Below, piece by piece: positions 1 through 11,266 of a stretch of DNA of 64,000 bases (position 1 is its first letter; the number at the start of each line of letters is the position of its first letter). The stretch is from Lepidodermella squamata (taxonomy: Eukaryota > Animalia > Gastrotricha), in the NCBI GenBank assembly GCA_047495785.1, contig JBLDXI010000026.1, positions 124,001 through 188,000 on the forward strand, written 5' to 3'. Below the pieces are notes generated by a model. It worked only from the letters and a program-made list of their open reading frames with translations. It was not told where the DNA came from and searched no databases. A program made the translations under genes and the position numbers.

Positions 1-2225
1 GTCATCCCTGACCTAGTTTCGGACAATTATCTGCTAAAAAGGGTGTCTAAATCGCTTTGAACGTCGCAGCTGAGCTCGATGTGGGTGTTATGGCTTTCGG
101 AATACCGTAGACTACCGTAATCGACCCCGCTGAACATTGTTATGACATTTTTTTCACGATGGGATTCATCCTTGACCTAGTTTCAGACAATTATCTGATG
201 ATGATCTCGGAATTTCGCGTCAAACTCACCTTGACGATGGCAGCTGAGCTCAATTTATGTGTTATGGCCGTCGGTATATCTTAAACTACCGTAATCGACC
301 CTGCTGGACATTGTTATGACATTTGTTTCATGATTGGATTCATCCCTGACCTAGTTTCGGACATTATTCTGTTCTTAGGTTGGGAATTTCGCGTCAAACC
401 CACTTTGAACGTCGCAGCTGAGCTCGATGTGGGTGTTATGGCTTTCGGAATACCGTAGACTACCGTAATCGACCCCGCTGAACATTGTTATGACATTTGT
501 TTCATGATTGGATTCATCCCTGACCTAGTTTCGGACATTATTCTGTTCTTAGGTTGGGAATTTCGCGTCAAACCCACTTTGAACGTCGCAGCTGAGCTCG
601 ATTTGGGTGTTATGGCCGCCGCGATGCCGTGAAATACCGTAATCGACCCTGCTGAAGATTGTTATGACATTTGTTTCATGATTGGATTCATCCCTGACCT
701 AGTTTCGGACATTATTCTGTTCTTAGGTTGGGAATTTCGCGTCAAACCCACTTTGAACGTCGCAGCTGAGCTCGATGTGGGTGTTATGGCTTTCGGAATA
801 CCGTAGACTACCGTAATCGACCCTGCTGAAGATTGTTATGACATTTGTTTCATGATTGGATTCATCCCTGACCTAGTTTCGGACATTATTCTGTTCTTAG
901 GTTGGGAATTTCGCGTCAAACCCACTTTGAACGTCGCAGCTGAGCTCGATGTGGGTGTTATGGCTTTCGGAATACCGTAGACTACCGTAATCGACCCTGC
1001 TGAAGATTGTTATGACATTTGTTTCATGATTGGATTCATCCCTGACCTAGTTTCGGACATTATTCTGTTCTTAGGTTGGGAATTTCGCGTCAAACCCACT
1101 TTGAACGTCGCAGCTGAGCTCGATGTGGGTGTTATGGCTTTCGGAATACCGTAGACTACCGTAATCGACCCCGCTGAACATTGTTATGACATTTGTTTCA
1201 TGATTGGATTCATCCCTGACCTAGTTTCGGACATTATTCTGTTCTTAGGTTGGGAATTTCGCGTCAAACCCACTTTGAACGTCGCAGCTGAGCTCGATGT
1301 GGGTGTTATGGCTTTCGGAATACCGTAGACTACCGTAATCGACCCCGCTGAACATTGTTATGACATTTGTTTCATGATTGGATTCATCCCTGACCTAGTT
1401 TCGGACATTATTCTGTTCTTAGGTTGGGAATTTCGCGTCAAACCCACTTTGAACGTCGCAGCTGAGCTCGATGTGGGTGTTATGGCTTTCGGAATACCGT
1501 AGACTACCGTAATCGACCCTGCTGAAGATTGTTATGACATTTGTTTCATGATTGGATTCATCCCTGACCTAGTTTCGGACATTATTCTGTTCTTAGGTTG
1601 GGAATTTCGCGTCAAACCCACTTTGAACGTCGCAGCTGAGCTCGATGTGGGTGTTATGGCTTTCGGAATACCGTAGACTACCGTAATCGACCCCGCTGAA
1701 CATTGTTATGACATTTGTTTCATGATTGGATTCATCCCTGACCTAGTTTCGGACATTATTCTGTTCTTAGGTTGGGAATTTCGCGTCAAACCCACTTTGA
1801 ACGTCGCAGCTGAGCTCGATGTGGGTGTTATGGCTTTCGGAATACCGTAGACTACCGTAATCGACCCCGCTGAACATTGTTATGACATTTGTTTCATGAT
1901 TGGATTCATCCCTGACCTAGTTTCGGACATTATTCTGTTCTTAGGTTGGGAATTTCGCGTCAAACCCACTTTGAACGTCGCAGCTGAGCTCGATTTGGGT
2001 GTTATGGCCGTCGCGATGCCGTAATCGACCCCGCTCAAGATTGTTATGAAATATTTTTCACGATTGGATTCATCTCTGAACTAGGTTCGAACATTTATCT
2101 GTTGGTGTTTTGGAATTTGACGTCAAACTCGCCTTGACAATTGCAGCAGAGCTATTGCAGGTGTTATGGCGGTCGCAATATCTTGAACTACCGTAATCGA
2201 CCCTGCTAAACATTGTTATGACATT
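1..2225 (+). repeat. Tandem array of ~13 units of 174 bp (left arm of the transposon)
   Basis: The motif CATCCCTGACCTAG (or a close variant) starts at 3, 167, 341, 515, 689, 863, 1037, 1211, 1385, 1559, 1733, 1907 and 2071. The period is 174, with two 164-bp units. Central units are nearly identical and edge units are diverged. Confidence 0.97.
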
Positions 2226-2814
2226 TACACTTGCTGAACATTTTTATGGCATACGATTCATTATGCAGCTATTCCCGACATATTTATAGACTCTGTAAAA
2301 TATGTTAGCCATAGCCCTCGTGCTCTCTGGAACGTCTGCTTAGCGTGCGTTGCAACATCACTTTCGCACGCACTTCTGTCCCACCTTTAGGATAAGAGTC
2401 TATTTGAGTCCATTCGAGACGAATCGATGGTATTATTCAATAATTTGACGCCTCGATATACATAACTTAAGTTTACGCCGTTAAAAGGGTCACCGGGTCT
2501 GGGACAACATGAACGAATGTTCGAACTCGCTGCAGGTGCATACCTAGATATAATTATTGCCAGTGAAACGATAATATGCGTTTATTTTTTGTTTTTTTTT
2601 GGTAAATATATTCCAATATGATGTGTGATTAAAATGAAAAAGAACCACGGAGGTCCTGTGACTATTAAAAATGTACCGCCGAAAGGTTATAGTATGGTAT
2701 AGGTGCTAAAAAGCGTGAGCAACCGTAGTCGTACCTTTGGAAAATTGATAGTATAATCATATTGCTACGTTCAAATGGAAACTTCGAGTTCCGAAAAAAA
2801 TCTATCAAATGATT

Positions 2815-5800
2815 TTATAGGTCAATGACGTAATCGCCGTCATTTATCGCTGGCTCCGCGTCACGTTCAGTTTGTTCCGGGGTTAGGGCAAGGACAACAT
2901 ATATGCCCAGCCATTTTTTGAGAAGGGCCGAATCCGGACGCAAATAACGCCGTATCTCTTTCCCCTCAGTAACCATTGTGTAATCGCCGGGAAAAGAGCC
3001 TGGCGTAAGAAGAGCATAATCTGAAGTGCCGGCTTTTCTTGCCACAACGGAAACGACTTCATAGCTGAGAAAGATGCTTTTATATCAGACAAAAAATCCC
3101 GAAATAAAATGTTACCTCGAATTCCGAAAATTTATGTTCGCGAGGTTGAGACATTGGTTGACCTGAATAGTCGCTTCGATTGCAATAATGACGACGGGGC
3201 ATGGCGTAATTCGGCCCTCATGCTGGTGCTTACTTGATGTTATCAATTTTTTCCCCTCGCATTTTAATCTGAAACATAATTCATTGCCCAAAAATAAAGG
3301 AGTCGAGTAATCATTTGCTAATTTTACCCGCTGGAGTCCGTAAATTGACAATCAGAGTAACTCTGCGAAAAACGGCTTGACAGCCTCTCCTCGATCTGGA
3401 GAGCATTTGGGAAGCTATAAAATTTAGTGGCTTATAAGCGCTATACAGTGTGTAGTATTTTTCCCACCTGTTTTGACCTGCCTCGATGGTTAGAAATGGA
3501 TTCGTGATGAGCTGCGGCTGCTCAGGCTGCAAACTGTTGCTCTGGCAGAAGCAGTTTTCGCACGCCCCCATTTTTCGCATTATACCGCACCCGTCAGTTG
3601 CGAAAATGCGCTCACATAGCTTACTGGGCGACAGGTCCTCCAAATTGTAGATCTTACCGCCATCATGTCGTAGAACTGCCAGCTCTGGGTACATGAGCTC
3701 AATGATGGAGCCGCGTCTAGCCCTTAGCTCAAATCGCGTGGCGCTGTTGTCGTTAACTGCCTCCAAATAAGAAGCCCATTTGCCTGGGCACAGTTTTCGG
3801 CAGATGGGAGCCATGCTCAAGGACAAATAGTCGAAAATTCGAGCGTTTTGTAAGTCAACCATTTGGCTTGCAAATCCAGAGTTTTGCAATTTATCCAACG
3901 CGCTAAGGCCCAGGGCATAGCTGATCTCCTGGCCCTCCGATGCCTCCGACGCCAGGTCGTTGAACTCCCAAGCACCCTCGCGCCTTTGGGCTTTTACCTC
4001 CTTCTCCGGACTTTTGGTAGCATTAGACTCCTTTGGAGCTTTGGGTTCCTTTGGAGCTTTGGTCTTCTTGGGAGCTTTAGGTTCCTTCGGAGCTTTGGTC
4101 TTCTTTGGAGCTTTGGGTTCCTTCGGAGCTTTGGTCTTCTTGGGAGCTTTGGGTTCCTTCGGAGCTTTGGTCTTCTTGGGAGCTTTGGGTTCCTTCGGAG
4201 CTTTGGTCTTCTTGGGAGCTTTGGGTTCCTTTAGATTTCCGCGAGGTGTCGGCGGGTTCACAGCGTTTGGTGGATCTAGAGCTGGCGAAAGCTTTGAAAG
4301 TTTCGGAAGCTGAGAGTCAATCTCGGGAAGTTCAGCTAAACCAGCTAGCCTGTTTCAGTAGGTTATTGAAAATGTCAAATTAACTTTGCATAAAAGAGCT
4401 ATTACGTAGAAAGAGGTCTTTTCTGGGTCACTGGTCGCTGTTCCAACCTGCTACTGCTGAGATCCATTGGCTCATCAGGGTAATCAGAGTAGGGAGGTGG
4501 GGGATCGTCTGTTAGGCAAACAATTAGCATGTTTTATGGTGAGCATAATACAAGACCTTGGGAAATCTCCGGAATGTCGATGGCGTCGGGCATTTGCGGC
4601 TCGATTTCGCTCAGGTCATTATCAAAATCATCGCCTTCAGCGATTATTGGCTCGATCAGACCTTTGCGCTTCGGCTGCGGACAACAGAAAAACAGTAAAT
4701 TGGGGTAATATTTTTCATACCCCTTCAAAATTCCTTTTTTCCTGTTAACCAACTGCCATTGAGGCAGACCATTTAACCCACAACGCAAGTCATCGATGAG
4801 ATATAGGTCGTTGTTGAATAGTCGAAGCGAAACATAATGGCCAATGTATTTGTCGGTCGCATCCAATCTGTCGTCCTCATTGCCGTAGTACCCGACGCCA
4901 TCGACTATTGTAGACGTGGGGTGTTGAAAGAGCGTGGCTGCGTGTAAGGAATACCTAATGGGTGATTTTTAAGTGGCTTATTCGAAAAAATATTAAAACA
5001 AACTCCAAGTCTCCCCATTCCAAAGTTTTCGGAGCGTTGTCTATGAACTGAGCGAAGGGTACTTCAAATCCTTGAAGAACCTCAATTGCGATGAAAGGAT
5101 ACGGCCTGGCCGAATGGTCATGCCGATGCGGGCCGGCAAGTGTGAAGCCCACGTGGCCGACTGTTTTGCAACTGAAACAATCCAGTGCTCCGCTAGGTTC
5201 CAGCAGCTCAGCTTTCAAACGATCGGAAAGGTTCAACAATGTTAATTCCAAGACTTCGCTCTTCTTAGGGCCGTCGTCCTCTCTGTTCAAATTTCAAATT
5301 TTAAAGAATTTACTTAGTTTAAAATAGCAAATTACACGGCAAAGTAAGTTCCCAAAATCGGGTTATAACGGCGTTTTGATAGTGGTTGATGTTTGCATGA
5401 AATACATCTCTGATAACTGCTCTCAAGGAAGCAATTTTCCAATTGACTCATGTGATGCAGCCACGCTGGAGCGCCGCCCTTACCGTCCAACATCGTTTCC
5501 GCAACGTAATTGGATTTTTTATCTTTGTCACTGAGGCTCTGCTCAATCGCATTTTGCGGGAAAACTTTCCGCATGTATTCGAACCGAGCTGACATCGCCA
5601 TGTAGCTTCCTGCTGAACGTTCCATTTGATTGGCTGTGCGAAGGCTTTGGAAAAAATAGCCGAATTCCTTTCCACAAAAACTGGCGGGGTCAATGTGACC
5701 CAAGCAGTTAACAATGCTGTCGAAGGCACACGTGTTTCTTGTGTCGAATTTTTCAGCCAACAAGCCACGCGGCGATAGGGACATCTGATGAAAGCCACCG

Positions 5801-8800
5801 CCATTCCGCATGAGAAAAATGCCGCCATCCAACTGTTCCGAATTGATTACCTCCATTTTGTCCGAATTAACGCCGCCAACTCTGTCTTTAGCTGCTGGTT
5901 CTTTGATCCGTGATTCTTTCTCAGAGTTAGCCATCGAGTGACCTACACCCTGACCATTGCCATCTTCGAACGAAGCAGTATGTGGGGAATCGGGAATGTT
6001 TGAACCGGTTTCTTCCTTCTCCATGGCCGCTCTGGCCAACTTTTCCCTAGCAGCAAATTTCGAGTATCTCGAATTTATCATTTTGTTCCGTTTTTTGGTC
6101 TTTGCAACAAGGGTTTCCTTGCGATGACTCCTGACCCCTTTTCCGAACTCCTCCACCACAGAATCTGGATCCAGCTGGGAATCAAGGTTTGCATCGACAT
6201 CAGAAGGGTCTTCGATAGGAACAACTAACAGCCGATTAGCAATTTCTTGTCTCAGCTTACGAACCACTTGGCAATGCGTGTCATTCTTCCGCCCGTCAAG
6301 ATCGTTGTTCTTCACGTCGTTCATAGTGAACTCCGCCAGCCCATTTGTGTAGTGTCCAGGTGCTTCCGGAACATTACTGAGAAAATTTTAGAAAACATTT
6401 TTGGAATAATAGCAACTTCAATTCTGCGAGAGAAATGAATGAATCTCATCAATCATTTCATCTGAAATTTCAAGTTTTCTACAGCATATCTCATTAACAC
6501 CTTCACTTCAAATACCCTTTATAGACTGACTACAACAACCCGAAAACCAACAATGTAGTTTGGGCGAATATAAATTCAGCGCCGTTGTGTGAAACATATT
6601 TTGGGCGAGAATCGCACCCCGTTTATGGAATTTAAGCAAACAAAGATATATGATCGAAAATCAATCAGATCAGAACAGCCGTCCTATACCGGAAAAAATC
6701 TGAAAAGTAAGAAATCGAGAAAAAATACGTGCCGCGTGAATGGATCTGGAAATATTTTCCGATTTCAGAGGCATTTTTCCGACGGTTGAAAGCGCGAAAT
6801 TAAAATTAATTCAAAATTAATTCAAAATAATAGCGCATAATGGAGAAGCCGCGAGGCCGTTAGGGTGCGGCCAAATGATCACCCTTTCAGGCCGATACAG
6901 CTGAAGTACGGCAAATAACACCACGTTGAAGGCGGATTTTCTCCAGCGGTGATTTCTGTGATTCCGGCGGTTGTAGCCTGCCATCTAAGCCCAATTGCCG
7001 CCCAATAATGGGTTGATCGTTCTAGGAATATGTCCTAATTTCGACACATTTTTTGAGCGCTCTATATAGTTTTTCTTATTATTTTTTACGTTTTTTGCCA
7101 CCCTGTTGTTTTTATTGCGGAAAATGGCTAAGAAAATTAAATTTTTTCAACAAATGCTGGAAAATATTGCAAACTCGTTACACCTCCGGTAGTACGGGCA
7201 GTACGGAGTCCGTGAAAATAAATAATCTCAAATAATAAAATGCTGGAGTCTCAAATTCAGTGCTGGAACTCTAAATATAATAGAGTGCGCACTGGGCACA
7301 CCAATTGGTAAGCTTACAAACGTTTAACCGCCATTCCTCGCACGAAAACTGCCGAGTAGCAAGGGAAAAGATGAATTAAATTTTTCATCACGGAATCCAT
7401 CGCGAACTTGGAGTGATGCTCATTGACCTCAGCGTTGTCTGCATTGAGTTCACCCTCGGCAGCTTCGATTTCGAGCAGTGCCGAATCGAAAATGGGGCGG
7501 AACATCGCGTAAAATCCGCTTAAGTCGATATACCTTTGAGATCGAAACTTACGCTTGAGCGATAATTCCTCATCGATTCCGAGTTTATCCTTGTCAACAA
7601 CTGGGCCCATGTTATCTGGCCAGTCGAATTCATTATCCTCAACGCTAGGCGGCGGCTCCGCATCACCTGGAATTTCCACCGGCTCAAGTGGTTGAATCAT
7701 CATTTCCTGTTGCTTTTGCTCAAAATCTGCTAGAGCTTGCGAGCAAAGATCGGTCTGAAAATTCGAGCAAAAAATGAGGACCATTAGCCTGAATACAATC
7801 CTGGCCTCCTTCATGTCCGGGCAGTATTGGAATGTAGCGAACGCTGTAAGAAAGAGACTTTTCGTTGCTTTCTTCACAGCTTTGCGGCCGCGACTTGACA
7901 GCATTACCGAAAGAGCCTTTTGAAGATGTGCAGAGCATAAAATGATCAGGATCAGATTATTTGGGATCACTTGGATTACATCGCCGCCTTTCAGCGACTC
8001 GAATAAGATAATCAAAGTTCGCTTCAGCGAATGATTGTTGAACACTTTACTGACGGCTTGCATTAAGCAATACGAGTGGTCAACTACGACCCCATACGGC
8101 AGAGATATAGAGCCGTAATGTGTCCAATCTGCTTTCCAAAAGCCGAGCAAATACTGAAAAGCGACGGATCTTTGGTCAGATGTCAACAAGTCAGCATGCC
8201 GAACTTTGGGCCCTTCCAGGACTGGCGAAAATGACACGACGGGCATATACGCGACTTTTTTCCCAGTCAACCAGTCGTTTTTTACTGGCCCCATTGTGAT
8301 GTCAATACCAAACAAATAGAATCCTTTTGAATCTTGGGCAGTTTGTTTAAGCAGCTGTATCTGTTTGCCGAAATAATTCGCCGAATGAAGAGGCCTTACG
8401 CCGTAGGCGCGGATGAATTCCCCTTCTTTGAACTTGTTCGGATTCTCGGGATCATCGGGATTTTCGACACGTTGGCAATACAACTCTAACACCATATCAA
8501 CTTCGTCGTTAATATCTTTGCGAGCGCGAAGCCGATCCTCGGATCCAATTTTGGCGAAAGTCGAGCTATTTGGCAACTTTGTTTGAATATGCTCATGTGG
8601 TTTGGCTGGAGGAACATTGGCCTTGTCTGCCGCAGCCTTCAACGCCGAATACAAGCTTAGTCGAACTTTTGCAGGCTTTTCGTATCTCAGCCGACCAGCT
8701 ATAGCTTCACGTGCTTTTCCCGTGATTCGACGTGGCTTTGGCTTTCCAGCAACATGATTGATGGGCTTGTCCGGGTCCGGAATCAGTTCAATTTTGATAG

Positions 8801-9884
8801 AATCAATTTCCGAGTTATTACTGCAGAGGTCAGATTTCAAAGAGAATTGACGACACCCTCGACAGCTGCAGTACGCACGTCCAGCCAAGTCGTTTGTCTT
8901 TTTTCGGAGCTTAACCCACCGGTAATTAATAGTGCAATCCCCGCTGATTGCAGAAACTTTCGAGTCGAATAGATTAGCCCATTCGCCTTTCAAAGCGCCC
9001 TTATTGTCCACTTCAATCGACGCGAGCTCGGCCTTCGAAATATAAAATGTCAAATTGCTCGAAAGGCTGCTATCTGGCGAGACAGTAGCAGAATCCTTCT
9101 TGCCAACGGGTTTAGGTTGGAACAAGTGTGACATATGGCGCCTCATGAAAGTGTACAAATAGTTTCGATTTTCTTGGGAACTTAGATTGCATATTCGCCC
9201 AGCTATTCGCCCGAAAATGCCATCTTCCGGGGTTGGACCTGAAATAAAGAGCATTCATTTACTTGGAAGGATAGCTGTAGCTGAATTCGGCTGGGTCGGC
9301 TCAAATCGGCTGGGTCGGCACACTATTACTGATAATTCTTACGCTTCTCTATCATATTAGGATATAATGTAGAGCTAACCTCTGAGAGCTCGGGTTACAC
9401 TGTTTAATTTCCATCAATTGTTTCAAATAGGAAAAATAGGTTAAAATAGGAAAATAGGAAAAGTTCCCAGGCTAGATTTCTTAGCCCAATATTCTTTTCT
9501 CATAATAGGTAATCAAGCTATATGTATACGCAAATACTGGCTTTACAACAAAATGCGTCTTCTATTTTAAAAATTTGAGCAGAAGCTCCCGCCGACCCTC
9601 CTCGGGATGGTGAAAACCGGCTATGTCCGAAAATAAATAAAAAATCGAAATAATTATTACGAATAAAAATCAATAATGGTATTCTGATTAATCTTGCTGC
9701 TTCCACTTATATCAAGGCTCAGGTAAAATTAAGTAAAATACAGCGGCTATTATGCCCAACACCTATAAACCTATAAAACGTACACACCTGTTCCAGCAGG
9801 TATCAGTGGCTCAGATACCATGTAATCGCTAATCAACTTCATCAGCGTGGCTTTATCAATATCAGTTAGAGCAATCGAAGCCAT
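2815..9884 (-). CDS. Spliced MULE/NOF-like DDE transposase fused to a USP-like cysteine protease and a second inactive USP-like domain (~1,736 aa, 10 exons)
   Basis: Hand-built exons, all GT-AG and phase-compatible: 9884-9788, 9238-7318, 6376-5336, 5282-5004, 4954-4557, 4508-4406, 4349-3468, 3414-3328, 3268-3116, 3064-2815 (5211 nt). Transposase motifs: GIDITMG (D1), VVVDHS (D2), CSAH (MULE CxxH), YTNGLAE (E). Protease motifs: NTCAFDS Cys-box, CISC/CFSC, and YSLHAA...GHYV...IDD His-box. Confidence 0.85.
4033..4232 (-). repeat. Coding 36-bp (2x18-bp) minisatellite encoding (KEPKAPKKTKAP)n
   Basis: Repeated ggagctttgggttccttc / ggagctttggtcttcttg, about 5.5 units, in frame in ORF 3311-4261. 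Confidence 0.95.
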
Positions 9885-10726
9885 TGTAGTGCTCTCGAAA
9901 CCAATTCAAAATTTACGCAGAATGAATTCGATAAATTGATTGCCTATATTATAGCAAAATCGTTGACCCCAATTGATGAAGTTACATGATTTAAAAAAGC
10001 AAACATTCAGAATGCCAAGGTTAACGTTTCATAGACATGGCATAATAGGGAGCGTCATTTGGTAAAAGAAAAAATCAATTTTAAAATTGTTGCCCAATTA
10101 TACGACGCTCACCGAGGGCGATAGGTGAAAAGTTTGATCTGCCGAAAATATCAACTATTTCTTTGAGCAAAGGCCGAAAATAATTCAACACTTGGTGTGA
10201 TGGGTGAGGTGGTGTGATTTGTGTAATAATAAAATAATTAGGCTGAAATAAATATATAAGCTTACACACTTATTATTTGTGCTACGTATATTTCATATAT
10301 TAGTTGCGACCTGCGATTTTTCATGGCGCACTTGTTCGGCCGCGCATCTAATAAAAATAGCGCCAATGATTTCCAACCTTGAGCTCGACACTGCTTGGAA
10401 AAAATCACCATACAATATACCTGTTAACTGTTTTAAATTTATAATTTTCATTTTCCACATTTCTGCAAGAGATGCTGATTTATCACGAAATTCAATATGC
10501 TTTTCAGTAAAGCGTGAATATGTCAAACCCTGCTTTAAAATGTCCCAAAGAAAACTTAAAATGTTATTTTATCAATAATTTTGACATAATATTGAGACCC
10601 ATCCACGGCGACAAAGACAATCAATGCACGCTGTACGGATCATGAAAACATTATTCAACGCAAATTGTTCATCAAGTAACGCTTACTTTGCCTTTATTAG
10701 TCGAAATTTTTATCATGTCAATTTGG

Positions 10727-11266
10727 CGTTGTCCGGAACTAGGTCAAGGATGAATCCAATCGTGAAAAGAATGTCATAACAATTTTCACCGGGGTCGATT
10801 ACGGTAGTTCAAGGTATTGCGAAGGCCATAACACTTGAAATGACCGTAGCTGCGATCGTCAAGGTGAGTTTGACTCCAGATTCCCAACCTACCAACAGGT
10901 AATTGTCCGAAACTAGGTTAGTGATGACTCCAATCATGGAACAAATGTCATAACAATGTCCAGCAGGGTCGATTACGGTAGTTTAAGATATACCGACGGC
11001 CATAACACATAAATTGAGCTCAGCTGCCATCGTCAAGGTGAGTTTGACGCGAAATTCCGAGATCATCATCAGATAATTGTCTGAAACTAGGTCAAGGATG
11101 AATCCCATCGTGAAAAAAATGTCATAACAATGTTCAGCGGGGTCGATTACGGTAGTCTACGGTATTCCGAAAGCCATAACACCCACATCGAGCTCAGCTG
11201 CGACGTTCAAAGCGATTTAGACACCCTTTTTAGCAGATAATTGTCCGAAACTAGGTCAGGGATGAC
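10727..11266 (-). repeat. ~3 inverted copies of the 174-bp unit (right arm of the transposon)
   Basis: Reverse complement of the left array. The outer two units mirror positions 1-327; the inner unit is diverged. Confidence 0.95.

Noticed and set aside
1-2100. TGACCT (AGGTCA) nuclear-receptor half-site in nearly every repeat unit as a target of the nearby receptors
   Set aside because: It is a single hexamer multiplied by tandem amplification, the receptors have non-canonical P-boxes, and nothing links the two.
1-2225. CRISPR-like array
   Set aside because: The units are head-to-tail, near-identical 174-mers with no unique spacers and no cas genes; the context is a eukaryotic TE.
3863-4383. 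Plus-strand repetitive ORFs (GSFGFL, LGSFGA, ELWVPS repeats)
   Set aside because: They are antisense shadows of the coding minisatellite.
9239-9254. ATG at 9254 as the transposase start
   Set aside because: It sits in an acceptor tract (tttatttcag|); the upstream exon 9884-9788 splices in phase and gives a better N-terminus.
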